Positions 36,780 to 46,909 of a stretch of 64,000 nt of DNA are shown here, in pieces. The position numbers and the translations under genes are program-made. Position 1 is the first letter of the stretch, and the number at the start of each line of letters is the position of its first letter. The DNA comes from a virus (lineage: Duplodnaviria > Caudoviricetes), in IMG/VR virus record IMGVR_UViG_3300044645_001738, positions 1 to 64,000 of that record; one strand, written 5' to 3'. Below the pieces are notes generated by a model, which searched no databases, had not been told where the DNA came from, and saw only the letters and a program-made list of their open reading frames with translations.

Positions 36780-36995
36780 CCGATAAAACCCCCTTCCTAT
36801 CTTTACGTGACGCACATGACACTTTACTGAAAGTGTCATTATTTGAGTCAGGGTGAGACAGGAATGAGACGGTGGGATTGGTGGGTTGTGCTTATTGTCT
36901 CAAGTACAATCTCACTTGAGAATCCTTGACAAATAATGACACTTTCGGCAAAGTGTCATTTGGATCTAATAAAGATAAACAGGGGGTTTTATCGG
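36780..36995. repeat. 216-bp imperfect inverted-repeat structure (candidate replication origin)
   Basis: 26-bp outer IR (36780-36805 / 36970-36995) and two ATGACACTTT-N4-AAAGTGTCAT palindromes 120 bp apart. Confidence 0.8.
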
Positions 36996-37000
36996 GTTCT

Positions 37001-37336
37001 ATGGCTAGACCAGGCGCACCACTGCCACCTCTCTGGTACTTGGAGTCCCAGCTTCGGTTGTCGACTCAGTACCCATCTGGCCTGGAATGGGCTTGTACCA
37101 CGGGCTGGCACGCTGAAGGAGACATGGCCGGGAAATACGTCCCAGCCACCCGCTACTACGTGGTGAGGCTGGGGGGAGGGCAGTACCAGGCCCACAGGCT
37201 TGTCTACTTCCTACGCACCGGCCAGGACCCCCTGGAGGCCTCTGTCATTCACGTCGCATCTGACCGTGACAATCGCAAGGAACTGATCCTTCGTTCCAGA
37301 TCCCCTACCACCAATCTCATATTGGACTCAAATTGA
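37001..37336 (+). CDS. Degenerate HNH-like protein
   Basis: PSGLEW, GDMAG, YQAHRLVYFLRTG.DP, VIH....DNR. Confidence 0.6.
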   Translation: MARPGAPLPPLWYLESQLRLSTQYPSGLEWACTTGWHAEGDMAGKYVPATRYYVVRLGGGQYQAHRLVYFLRTGQDPLEASVIHVASDRDNRKELILRSRSPTTNLILDSN

Positions 37337-37337
37337 C

Positions 37338-38009
37338 ATGGCAAATTTGATTGCTCAGGTTTCCGAACTCAACGCTCGGCTCAACATTCGCTATTTGCGA
37401 AATGCAAATCAATGTGACGACAAGACCCTCGATGAGTACGGCTACTACCGGGGCTACGTGTGTCCGCACAACCACGACATACGTGACCAGGAAAACCATT
37501 GGTGTTACTACTGTGTCCAGAAAATCTGGAAGAACGTCTGTGGTTTTGACATCAACTATCTGGATCCCAACTACAAACACAAATACGCCGCGATCTGGAA
37601 CCGAATCAATGTCACAACCATGGATGAGTGCTGGCACATACGTGGCAATTCCAAACGTGCGTGCCTTCCTTCTTACCGTTCTCACTACGCCAAGCAATCA
37701 TCTGAATACGTCTCGCTCCATAAAGCGGTCTACCAGTGCGCGTGGGGAGATGTTGGTAAGTTTTTTGTGACTCGCGTGTGTGGCAATCCGGAATGTTTTA
37801 ATCCTGTACACATGCTTTCCAGCTGGAACAGGGACTATCCCCCTGGCCGCATTCACCCACTCGTCTTGGAATTTGAGCCAAGTAAATTGATGTGCTATGC
37901 CAGGGCGCGGAAGAAAGTACAGGCTGACTCTCTGGCTGCCACGCAGTACAAACAAACGATTACCAATCCACGGGAAGCAGCACCACCACCTGAATACGAT
38001 GAGGGTTGA
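37338..38009 (+). CDS. Cys/His-rich HNH-like (His-Cys box-like) protein
   Basis: DECW, HKAVYQCAWG, VTRVCGNPECFNPVHM; N-terminal CPHNH..CYYC. Confidence 0.6.
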   Translation: MANLIAQVSELNARLNIRYLRNANQCDDKTLDEYGYYRGYVCPHNHDIRDQENHWCYYCVQKIWKNVCGFDINYLDPNYKHKYAAIWNRINVTTMDECWHIRGNSKRACLPSYRSHYAKQSSEYVSLHKAVYQCAWGDVGKFFVTRVCGNPECFNPVHMLSSWNRDYPPGRIHPLVLEFEPSKLMCYARARKKVQADSLAATQYKQTITNPREAAPPPEYDEG

Positions 38010-38051
38010 ATTGAGCGCACTTACAATAAGGAAAAGGAATTATATCAAATA

Positions 38052-38996
38052 ATGTCGCGCAACCCGGCTATTGCCCAAGCCAATCGCAGTAAATCAAATC
38101 CATTGGTACTTGGTACCTTTAGTACAACTTCACTGCGCTATCTAAAGGGTAAGCTGGGCCCGCAAAATAAAGTCATTGGCTACAAGGATACCAACCAAAC
38201 GTCAAACGGTGGCTTCGGCGGTGGCACCTACAACCATTGGTTTCAAATTAACCTTGTAATCCCTGGTTGGATTGTTGTTACCAAAGGGCCACCGCGTCCA
38301 AGCTACATTCAAATTTCTGCGTATGACTTGGATTCAATTCCTATCCAGGGACGTGGAGTTTTTGATGAAGACTCTGTGTCAATCATCAGTGACAACGAAA
38401 TTTCACATCCGTACCTTGGTACGGTTATGGGCGCACAATCGAATGTATACAACTTCTTCTCAAGGTTTCGCGTCGACCGTGGCGACGATCGCTACTACGC
38501 GCTGGAAGCGGGTGCATACTTGATTTGTGTTTCGACTACTCGCAATGAACCGCTTGATTACGAGCTTGGTCTTGTTGTTGAGTTTCCTCCAACCGAAATG
38601 TTTATCGCCCTGGAGGATGAGGGTGATATTGCTTACCTGCTCCAGGAGACCTCAATTGATTTCAGCCGTACAATCAATGTAATTTCTCCTGTTTCTGTTA
38701 ACACTGTCATTTCTAGCAGCGTAGAACAACCGAATGGATTCACCGAACTGCTTTGCGCTATTAACTCAGGCATTACCGTTACCGTGCTCGATGGTTCCAC
38801 TTGGTTCATTGGTGACCAAATTCCATCTGAACAAGGTGATCAATATTGGGTAAACGTTGACACTGCAGATGATCAAGAATATTTTCTTGCCATTCACGAT
38901 CACTCTCTGTCAGAATGGCAGCAAGCATGGGAGTCTGAGCACCAGGACACGGACAAGTTCCCTGATATCTTTATCCCTCTCACCAACAGACCATGA
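38052..38996 (+). CDS. Hypothetical, probably virion-associated protein
   Basis: 314-aa beta-rich ORF preceded by TACAATAAG motif. Confidence 0.65.
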   Translation: MSRNPAIAQANRSKSNPLVLGTFSTTSLRYLKGKLGPQNKVIGYKDTNQTSNGGFGGGTYNHWFQINLVIPGWIVVTKGPPRPSYIQISAYDLDSIPIQGRGVFDEDSVSIISDNEISHPYLGTVMGAQSNVYNFFSRFRVDRGDDRYYALEAGAYLICVSTTRNEPLDYELGLVVEFPPTEMFIALEDEGDIAYLLQETSIDFSRTINVISPVSVNTVISSSVEQPNGFTELLCAINSGITVTVLDGSTWFIGDQIPSEQGDQYWVNVDTADDQEYFLAIHDHSLSEWQQAWESEHQDTDKFPDIFIPLTNRP

Positions 38997-39119
38997 TTTA
39001 CCGATTGCTTTCGTTTTGGTCTCGTCTTACAAAACAAAGGCCAACCAAAACAAAAACTCAGGCACATCGTTGGTATCAGTACTGCCAGGAAAATCCACAC
39101 GCTAGTTGCTGCAAGATGT

Positions 39120-39566
39120 ATGACGTATGAAGCTAAACGCTTTAGACGCTGCAAAAAGACAACAACGTATCAACTGAAAAACGGGTACATCTTTAAGATG
39201 CGCCTGATGCCGTGGCTAAGGACGGATGCTGGTTGTATTTGGCTGGCCAGCTTGGCAGTCGGCAAATCAAAACGTCAACTTAATGACTGGCTCAATAAAC
39301 GCAACAAAAAGTCGGTGCGTTCTTTAGCGGCGTCTTTGACAGGGCAAGAAGGAAACAAAATACAAGCTTTGGCTATCCGTCAAGTTCGTCATTGGGTAGC
39401 TGATTTACCGCCTGGTGATTCTTTGTGTTTAAGGTGTGAGTCTGCAGTACCAGACAAACAATTCAAGGTGTGGCGACGTTGGTTTGAAACGCATGAAGAT
39501 CCAAGGTGGAGAATAAATCCAGATCTTAAATCTTTCTATATTTATAAGCCTAGCAATTTAGAATAA
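39120..39566 (+). CDS. Hypothetical basic protein
   Basis: 148-aa ATG ORF. Confidence 0.55.
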   Translation: MTYEAKRFRRCKKTTTYQLKNGYIFKMRLMPWLRTDAGCIWLASLAVGKSKRQLNDWLNKRNKKSVRSLAASLTGQEGNKIQALAIRQVRHWVADLPPGDSLCLRCESAVPDKQFKVWRRWFETHEDPRWRINPDLKSFYIYKPSNLE

Positions 39567-39583
39567 GGAAAAAGGTATTGATC

Positions 39584-39748
39584 ATGTCCCAATTTCAACG
39601 TTACCTGGAAATCTTGTTTGCTTTCCACGCTTTTTGTTCGTTAGTTTGTGCACTGACTCCGACGCGCAAAGACGACACATTTATTGGTTATCTCTATCGT
39701 TTCCTTGAAGCAGGTGCTCTGTTGGTTGGCCGCGCCAAAGATCGCTGA
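39584..39748 (+). CDS. Holin-like small membrane protein
   Basis: MSQFQRYLEILFAFHAFCSLVCALTPTRKDD..., TPTxKDD motif, next to endolysin. Confidence 0.55.
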   Translation: MSQFQRYLEILFAFHAFCSLVCALTPTRKDDTFIGYLYRFLEAGALLVGRAKDR

Positions 39749-39915
39749 TCAATCGGGCAACGCTTGAAACCACCAAGTGCATCCGCCTTGTTGCTCTACC
39801 CAATCTCGTGTTGCATACGCCGCCTCTTTCGAGAGTGTGGCGCATTTTTTTTCATCACCAACTTGCCAACACATATTGACACGTATGTGTAGATCTTTGT
39901 TTTTTGCTTTAGCCA

Positions 39916-40923
39916 TCAGTAGTCCCAGCGAATTCGCGCTTTACTTTCCCTCATTCCAAGATGGACAAATCCCTTTTTAGCACCGTAACCAACTGAGTAC
40001 GGCCAATTTTTGTCACACCAGTCTTGCAGTGTGTAGACACTGACGCCATCAATGTAAAAGTCAACGGCACCTTTGGAGGGTGCGTCGTAGGTGTGCTCAC
40101 TGTTTCTTGCACCACCAACTTGTGAATTAATTGGTTCCGGCCGTGAACCACTGGTAATTACCAACGGTTTGTTCCCAAATGCAGCACGTGCTTTTTCCAA
40201 GAACTTACACAGTTCCAAGGCTGTTTCACATTGATACTGTTTGGTAAAACGACGCGCCTCTTGATTCAAAGTCAATTCACCGTAGGTGATGTGTTCCGTG
40301 ACTTTGGTTGTGAATGGGCTCCAGGGTTGAAATTTAGATGGCGTTTCAGGTTTTACTGCTGGCGTTGAGGGCTTGTCTTGTTTGGATAAGATGCCAATCA
40401 GTTTTGTTGCGTAGTTTGGATCAGTGGCATACCCTTCGGCAACTAAAAGCTTGGCGCATTCTTCAGCACTTTTGGCACGATTAACACCTTGGTAGCGACC
40501 AAAGTCTTTGTACCAGCGCTCGACTAGGTAGCAAACACAGGTGTAAAGGTCGGGGAAATCAATGAATCCGGCTTTGATCGTGACCCATTTACCGTTGAGA
40601 AATTCTTGGGTGTTGACGTTGGACCCACTTCCCTTTAATCCAAAGTAGTTGTGAGTACCTGATGTGTGTTTGCCCCAGCCTGATTCCAGTGCCCACTGCG
40701 CCGCAACAACTTCCGGATATTTACTGCCCGCTGCTTTTGCTGCGGCAAATACACCGTCCCAGGTGTTGTCAAAACTTTGGGGCGGTGTTGGTTTTTTTCG
40801 GTACATAGACGCAAAAGTCTCCAGAACCGAGGAGGAAACCTGATCCTGGAGCCAGTTAAATGCGTCAACTTGATGTGGCAGTCCTTTGAAAAACTCGGCT
40901 GCCTCGACAAATTTTATTGACAT
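39916..40923 (-). CDS. Endolysin: GH73 glucosaminidase + peptidase M15
   Basis: AAQWALESGWG, NYFGLKG, GYATDPNY; ITSGSR...N..VGGA.NSEH...AVD, FVHL. Confidence 0.9.
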   Translation of the reverse strand: MSIKFVEAAEFFKGLPHQVDAFNWLQDQVSSSVLETFASMYRKKPTPPQSFDNTWDGVFAAAKAAGSKYPEVVAAQWALESGWGKHTSGTHNYFGLKGSGSNVNTQEFLNGKWVTIKAGFIDFPDLYTCVCYLVERWYKDFGRYQGVNRAKSAEECAKLLVAEGYATDPNYATKLIGILSKQDKPSTPAVKPETPSKFQPWSPFTTKVTEHITYGELTLNQEARRFTKQYQCETALELCKFLEKARAAFGNKPLVITSGSRPEPINSQVGGARNSEHTYDAPSKGAVDFYIDGVSVYTLQDWCDKNWPYSVGYGAKKGFVHLGMRESKARIRWDY

Positions 40924-40964
40924 CGACCTAAAGCTTTTTACTAACTTTAGATCAGGTGTGTCAA

Positions 40965-41156
40965 TTACTCAGCAGTTTCTTCTGCCACAACTTCGGGAGT
41001 AATGGCTTCTTCTTCGGATTCCGGTTCAAACTCCAGGGTATCAACCAGTTTGCCAATGAGTTCAGCGGCAAACGCAATAAGGTTGCCGTCACCTGTGGCA
41101 CGTGCAGAACCAAAGGAGTTGATGGCGGAAACCAGTTGAGACTTTTTGCAGGCCAT
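40965..41156 (-). CDS. Hypothetical protein
   Basis: 63-aa ATG ORF in - strand late cluster. Confidence 0.6.
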   Translation of the reverse strand: MACKKSQLVSAINSFGSARATGDGNLIAFAAELIGKLVDTLEFEPESEEEAITPEVVAEETAE

Positions 41157-41192
41157 GTCAGTCAGTTAGCTTACGTAAAATATAGCAAATAA

Positions 41193-41516
41193 TTACCAGG
41201 GAATGCCAGACGCTGATGTTGGGTTGAGTTTTTGTTGAATCTGGTCGTTCAAACTTTTTTCAATAGAAACAACTTGATCAACGCCAAGTGCTGCCAGTAA
41301 CCAACCAACAACTTGCGATTTGGTCAGTTGATTGTACGGCGTAAAGGAACCGGAGGCTGGCTCACCTAACCCAATGCTGCCGTAAACACTGGCTACTTCA
41401 CCGCTTTCTTCCAGGGATGCAGTCCAGTGGATCGTGGAAACAGCACCGTCTGGGCATGTGTCTCCATCAGGAAGATGACGCTCAAGCTGTGCAATATCCC
41501 AGGTAACAGTAGACAT
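41193..41516 (-). CDS. Tail-fibre-associated small protein
   Basis: TWDIAQLER...IHW...PYNQLT..QVVGW...GIPW, typical of ORFs downstream of fibres. Confidence 0.65.
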   Translation of the reverse strand: MSTVTWDIAQLERHLPDGDTCPDGAVSTIHWTASLEESGEVASVYGSIGLGEPASGSFTPYNQLTKSQVVGWLLAALGVDQVVSIEKSLNDQIQQKLNPTSASGIPW

Positions 41517-41568
41517 GTTGATAAATGTTTTTCTTATTTTAACAGTTTGTTCGTTTAAGTGACCTTAG

Positions 41569-42075
41569 TTAAAACCCAATCTCCAAAAATGAATGCCTTT
41601 CTGTTGACACAAACCCACTTCGTGCTTGCCTTACAGAAATCCAGTACGGCAAAATACCAAGTCTACGCCACATCCAGGCTCTCCATGTGTCGATTTTGAT
41701 GTGTGTGGCGTCGGATGTTTTGTAGCCATCACCATCTTGGTAACTGTGACCTTCAATGGGAACACGCCCACCCCATACTTGTTCTGCGATAGCAAGCGCT
41801 CGTGGCATGTGGGAGGAATCAGTGACCACAAACAAACGTGTGATGCCAAGTCGACGCAACAACTTATAGGTATGAGTGAAGTTGGTAACGGTGTCCCAGG
41901 CCTGCATGTCGATTGTAATTCGACTACGATCAATGCCAGCGGTATCGTAATAATTGAGGCCATGGTCACCCCCTTCCGAGGAGATGACCACAGCTGCGTT
42001 TGGATACTGCAAGGCAAGTTCAGCGGCCTTGGTTGCCCTAACCGGATTGCCTCCCAAGTGGAGAATAATATCCAC
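41569..42075 (-). CDS. DUF218 (YdcF/ElyC-like) protein
   Basis: ILHLGG, R..KA.EL, AWDTVTNF, VVTDSSHMPRA. Confidence 0.8.
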   Translation of the reverse strand: MDIILHLGGNPVRATKAAELALQYPNAAVVISSEGGDHGLNYYDTAGIDRSRITIDMQAWDTVTNFTHTYKLLRRLGITRLFVVTDSSHMPRALAIAEQVWGGRVPIEGHSYQDGDGYKTSDATHIKIDTWRAWMWRRLGILPYWISVRQARSGFVSTERHSFLEIGF

Positions 42076-42077
42076 GT

Positions 42078-44549
42078 TTAGTTTCCCTCCAGTGCGGCGA
42101 CTTTGGCTTCCAAGGTTTCGATGCGGGACTGTGCTTCTTGGAGAGCCTTAATAGCCATCCACATCATCTGCTGATCTTTGACGCCAAGTTGCTGCTCTCG
42201 GGCAGGCTGATCTTCAGTCGCCTCTTTGGCTTCTTGAAAAACGGTAATTACTTCTGGGCAGCTCTCGGCAACCTGCTGGGCAATGACGCCCATGTTCAGG
42301 TCAGCGTCGTCTGGCTGGTCCTTGTAGCGGAAGTTGACGATCTCCCATTCCTTCAAGTAATTCCAAGTGCCGGCAGCTGGGACAATATCTTTTTTGGCGT
42401 TGCGATCAGACAAGTTGACGTTGTTGGCGCTGAAGTTGGCTAAACCACCGTTAGAACGTATTTCTGCTCTTATGGCAGCAGTGTCGCCGCATTTAATGAA
42501 AACAGCTGTTGTATTATTTGGCGCATAGCCACTAAAATCAGTCTCAAGCAGTGCGGTAGTAAATCCACTGGTTGCACTTCCATTTACATATAAGTTGTAT
42601 TCGTTATTTGCGTGACCAAGTCTAGTTTGACCAGTACTACTAATCCTCATCCGCTCCGTGGGGCTGCTCGCACCATCGGCGGTGGTGGAGAAGACCAGGC
42701 AACCTGGATAATCGCCGCTCCCACCCGCGCCATCTGCTTCTGCAAGTATACGCGCATAATCTCCTCCACTTCCATCGGCAAACCAAATGCTGCCTAGATC
42801 GTTTCCTGCGACAATAGACGCTGAAGCCGTGGTGTTCCCTAAGGTTAATCTTCCTTCTGAGCCTCCTCCAGCAGTATTGCCTCTAATTTGAATCAAAGAA
42901 TAGTTGCTGTCGTTGACGCCACTTCCAAAAGCAGTACTCGTCCCCACCAGCAGCCTGCCGTCGCTCGTGAATCTAGCTATTTCTGAAGGGCCACCACCAC
43001 CACTGGTGCCGGATTTCAAAATAATAGATTGCGTGGTGCCGAGATTAGCCGGAAATGCGTTGGCAATTATTTCTAATCCAGACGAAGTAGGAAGTAATCG
43101 AGAATAAATATTAGTTGATGAAACAACGTTAATCGCACCAGCAACCTGTAGTAAATCGCTTCCTCCAAGTCCAACTTCAGTAGCGCTTCTGCCAACTAAG
43201 AGCCTGCCGGAGCTGTCGATGCGGAGGCGTTCGGTGCCGCCAGGGGCAAAAAAGATGTCCTTAAGTGCTCCGGTTCCGCGGAAAGAAGTACCAAATCCAA
43301 AAGCAGAACCGTTGTAACCAATACCTAGAACAGACTGGTCCGCGTTTGCTTCAATGTGAATTGCAGAAGCAAATGTGGTGTCATTTTGCTGCTTTAAGCT
43401 AATAACAGGGCGTGCAAATGTCCCAGTGGTTGGGTTGGTTGTCGTATTTGCAAGAATTGAGCCGGAGCTGTCGATGCGGAGGCGTTCGGTGTTGTTTGTG
43501 GCAAAGCGCAGGTAACCATTGCGGGGATTCCATATCTCACTATCAACGTTATTAACGGCAGTTACATTTCCAATTGTCAGCGTTTCAGTACCGTTATTTT
43601 GTAAACTTAATCCGCCAACAATGGATGAACCATCTCCGTTAATTGTTGTACGGTAAACAATACTTGGACTACTCGTCCCAATCCCCACGTTGCCGGAGCT
43701 GTCGATGCGGAGGCGTTCGGTGTTGTTTGTGCTCCAAATATGAGAACCGCCAGCGCCTCCAGTGTATAGATATGCAGATTGATTGTTAGTTCGATCATAA
43801 ATCAATAAGTTGTTTCCAACTGCCCCGCCCATGCCAATTGACATTGAGCCGCTTGTGTTCACAAAACGAATGTAACCTCCACTAGAGGCTGATGTTTCTA
43901 CGCGTAGTCCTTCTCCACTACCAAACACGTGAAGCGGCGCCGCAGGACTACTCGTCCCAATCCCCACGTTGCCAACGCTGTCGATGCGGAGGCGTTCAGC
44001 GCCAACAGTTTGAAATGCAATACTCTGAGAGCTTTGGTTGGCTGCAATAGTGGCAACACCAGAAGAATCAATCCACAACTCAAGGCGTTTTGTGCTTGCG
44101 CTTGATTCTTCTAAACGTATTTGAGCAGTGGCCGCATTGATTTGCAGCGGATACTGTGGGCTACTTGTCCCAACCCCAAGTCTGCCCGTTGAATCAATAA
44201 AAATTCTTCCTGCACCACCAGTGCTAATACCTAAAAGGTCAGTGCCAGCACCATATAAACCAGGTGCCACACTTGCGCCAACACCTACTTGAATACTTGG
44301 AGCACCAGCGCTTCCTGCTGGAACTTTAACAATTGCACCAGAAATTTGCGTGGTGTAAACACCTGATGCAAAGTTGGCAGTCGTACCAGTTACCGTTGGG
44401 GCCTGAACAATTAAACCAGAGATGGTACCTGTTGCCGTGACGTTACCAGTGAAGGTAGGGTTTTGAACTAAACCTGAAATTGCGACACTCTTATCTACGC
44501 CCGCATCCGTAAACGTAATCGTATCAACTTTGATAGTACCGTACGGCAT
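42078..44549 (-). CDS. Tail fibre with C-terminal intramolecular chaperone (peptidase S74-like)
   Basis: Repeated ERLRIDSSGNVGIGT units; SDRNAKKDI...GVIAQQV...AIKALQE coiled coil. Confidence 0.9.
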   Translation of the reverse strand: MPYGTIKVDTITFTDAGVDKSVAISGLVQNPTFTGNVTATGTISGLIVQAPTVTGTTANFASGVYTTQISGAIVKVPAGSAGAPSIQVGVGASVAPGLYGAGTDLLGISTGGAGRIFIDSTGRLGVGTSSPQYPLQINAATAQIRLEESSASTKRLELWIDSSGVATIAANQSSQSIAFQTVGAERLRIDSVGNVGIGTSSPAAPLHVFGSGEGLRVETSASSGGYIRFVNTSGSMSIGMGGAVGNNLLIYDRTNNQSAYLYTGGAGGSHIWSTNNTERLRIDSSGNVGIGTSSPSIVYRTTINGDGSSIVGGLSLQNNGTETLTIGNVTAVNNVDSEIWNPRNGYLRFATNNTERLRIDSSGSILANTTTNPTTGTFARPVISLKQQNDTTFASAIHIEANADQSVLGIGYNGSAFGFGTSFRGTGALKDIFFAPGGTERLRIDSSGRLLVGRSATEVGLGGSDLLQVAGAINVVSSTNIYSRLLPTSSGLEIIANAFPANLGTTQSIILKSGTSGGGGPSEIARFTSDGRLLVGTSTAFGSGVNDSNYSLIQIRGNTAGGGSEGRLTLGNTTASASIVAGNDLGSIWFADGSGGDYARILAEADGAGGSGDYPGCLVFSTTADGASSPTERMRISSTGQTRLGHANNEYNLYVNGSATSGFTTALLETDFSGYAPNNTTAVFIKCGDTAAIRAEIRSNGGLANFSANNVNLSDRNAKKDIVPAAGTWNYLKEWEIVNFRYKDQPDDADLNMGVIAQQVAESCPEVITVFQEAKEATEDQPAREQQLGVKDQQMMWMAIKALQEAQSRIETLEAKVAALEGN

Positions 44550-44587
44550 TGTTGCTTACCTGTTTTTACTTATTTTAAGCCAAAAAA

Positions 44588-46864
44588 TTAAGGAAGGATG
44601 ATTAATGGTCCTTGAATTACAAAACCAGATGCACTACCAGAAACAACACCGGAGCAAACAATGGCTGGTGTTGCACCAGAGGGAGTTGTAACCCGAAGAA
44701 TACTACCGGTGATATTGGTGAATGCACCCGTAGCACCGGTCACTGTGGCGCCAGAAACTTGTGTACTGAAGTTACCGTTGACAAAGTTGGCGGTAGTACC
44801 AGTGGTTGTCGTACCGGTTAGTGATGTGAAGTTACCACTGACAGCATTTGCAGTTGTGAAATTAGCCGTTGTGCCAGTAACGGTTGTACCTGAAACAACG
44901 GTGGTAAATACACCAGATGCAAAGTTAGCCGTAGTGCCGGTAACGGTTACGCCTGTTACAACAGTAAATGCACCGCTGATACCCGTGACAGTTGTGAATT
45001 GACCCGTATTACCGGTTACGGTTGTGCCAGAGACTCGTGTGGTGAATACGCCACTGGCAAAGTTAGCGGTTGTACCCGTGACAGTTACACCAGTAACAAC
45101 AGTAAATGCACCGCTTACACCAGTGATTGTTGTGCCTTGGATCGTTGTGCCGGTTACGGTAGCACCAGACAATAACGTAGTGAATACGCCAGTGACACCT
45201 GTGATTGATTGGTAGTTACCAGTGGTTGCGTTAACGGTATTACCAGTAACCGTCGCACCAGAGACTACGGTCGTGAATACGCCAGATGCAAAGTTGGCAG
45301 TAGTACCTGTCGTGGTTGTACCAGTTAATGACGTGAAGCTACCAGTGACAGCAGTTGCAGTTGTGAATTGACCTGCAGTGCCGGTAACAGTGATGCCACT
45401 AATTGTTCCAGTGACACTAAGACCGGAAACAATAAAGCCGGATCCCAGTGTTGTTGTATTACCAGAGAATGTAAGGTTGCCGCCAAACGTTTGGTTGGTT
45501 GCCGTTAAGTTCTGGAAAATACCACTTGTGAAGTTGGCGGTTGTACCAGTGACGGTCGTACCTGAAAGCTGTGTTGTGAATACGCCTGACGCAAAGTTTG
45601 CCGTTGTGCCGGTTATGGTCACACCAGTAAGAACAGTAAATGCTCCACTGACGCCAGTGACGGTCGTGAATTGAGCCGTGGTACCGGTTACGGTTGCGCC
45701 TGATAACGATGTAGTAAAGACGCCTGTTACTCCGGTCAGCGATGTAAATGCACCACTAACACCTGTGATTGTTTGTCCTGTTAACGATGTAAATGCGCCG
45801 CTGATGCCAGTAACAGTTGTAAATCGAGCCAGGGTACCAGTTGTAGTTACACCAGTAAGTGACGTAAAGTTTCCTGTTACAGCATTTGCGGTCGTAAATT
45901 GTCCCGTGTTGCCTGTAACGGTGGCACCAGAAACAGACGTTGTGAATACACCAGTAACACCAGTAAGAGACGTATATTGCCCAACGTTGCCAGTAATCGT
46001 GGCACCCGATAACTGTGTTGTATAAACACCGGATACACCTGTTACAGATGTAAAGACGCCTGTTGCACCAGTAATTGTGTTGCCGCTGAGCGTACCAGTG
46101 ACATTGACGTTGCCCTGGAAAAGACCTGAGCCAATGAACGTACTAACGCCAGTTACCGTAAGTGTCGACTGGATAATTCCAGTGGCGGCCGTGAGTGTCT
46201 GAAAGTTTCCTGTGGTGACGTTAGCGGTAACACCGGTGACAGTTGTCGCTTGAATGGTATTGCCCGTGATTGTGGCACCGGATAACTGAGTTGTGAATAC
46301 GCCAGAAACACCGGTGATGTTTGCACCAGAAATTGATTGGCCTGAGACCGTGGTAAATTGACCAACGTTGCCGGTAATTGTCGCACCAGAGAGACTGGTT
46401 GTAAAAACACCGGTCACACCAGTAAGAGACTGATAGTTACCTGTGGTTGCTTGGATGTTATTGCCGGTGATAGTGGCGCCAGATACTCTGTCCGTAAATC
46501 GTCCGGACACAAAGTTTGCCATGGAGCCAGTGAAGGTTGTTCCACTGGTAGTGCCGCTGACATTTAAATTGTTTTGGACGATAACACCGCTAAATGTTCC
46601 AAAGCCTGAGCTTGTTACTGTGCTCAGGATTGTTGTACCACTAACGGTTAAACCACCTTGAATTACAACATTGCCACTGATTGTTTCGCCAGTGACGTTT
46701 GCATAGTATTGATCTAGGTAGGTACGGAACTGACTGAAGGTAATTTTTTTGTTGCGCAGTACCGGGTCCACTTCAAAAACGTGGACCAGCGTCATGAGGT
46801 CTTCATCAACAATCGCGGTGCCGTCAATCGACGGAAACTCGCTGATCCTTCTATTGGTGGCCAC
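44588..46864 (-). CDS. Thr/Gly/Val-rich repetitive virion fibre protein
   Basis: ~10-aa repeats such as TGVSGAFTSL, TGTTANFASGVFTT; N-terminal RRISEFP. Confidence 0.8.
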   Translation of the reverse strand: MATNRRISEFPSIDGTAIVDEDLMTLVHVFEVDPVLRNKKITFSQFRTYLDQYYANVTGETISGNVVIQGGLTVSGTTILSTVTSSGFGTFSGVIVQNNLNVSGTTSGTTFTGSMANFVSGRFTDRVSGATITGNNIQATTGNYQSLTGVTGVFTTSLSGATITGNVGQFTTVSGQSISGANITGVSGVFTTQLSGATITGNTIQATTVTGVTANVTTGNFQTLTAATGIIQSTLTVTGVSTFIGSGLFQGNVNVTGTLSGNTITGATGVFTSVTGVSGVYTTQLSGATITGNVGQYTSLTGVTGVFTTSVSGATVTGNTGQFTTANAVTGNFTSLTGVTTTGTLARFTTVTGISGAFTSLTGQTITGVSGAFTSLTGVTGVFTTSLSGATVTGTTAQFTTVTGVSGAFTVLTGVTITGTTANFASGVFTTQLSGTTVTGTTANFTSGIFQNLTATNQTFGGNLTFSGNTTTLGSGFIVSGLSVTGTISGITVTGTAGQFTTATAVTGSFTSLTGTTTTGTTANFASGVFTTVVSGATVTGNTVNATTGNYQSITGVTGVFTTLLSGATVTGTTIQGTTITGVSGAFTVVTGVTVTGTTANFASGVFTTRVSGTTVTGNTGQFTTVTGISGAFTVVTGVTVTGTTANFASGVFTTVVSGTTVTGTTANFTTANAVSGNFTSLTGTTTTGTTANFVNGNFSTQVSGATVTGATGAFTNITGSILRVTTPSGATPAIVCSGVVSGSASGFVIQGPLIILP

Positions 46865-46909
46865 CTACTTATACTGCGCAGTATTATACCTAATTATAGT
46901 TCTCTTTGC

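Noticed and set aside
44612-46661. Long + strand Val/Pro/Thr ORFs opposite the repeat fibre gene (also opposite the collagen gene at 59175-60725)
   Set aside because: Antisense shadows caused by repetitive codon usage.
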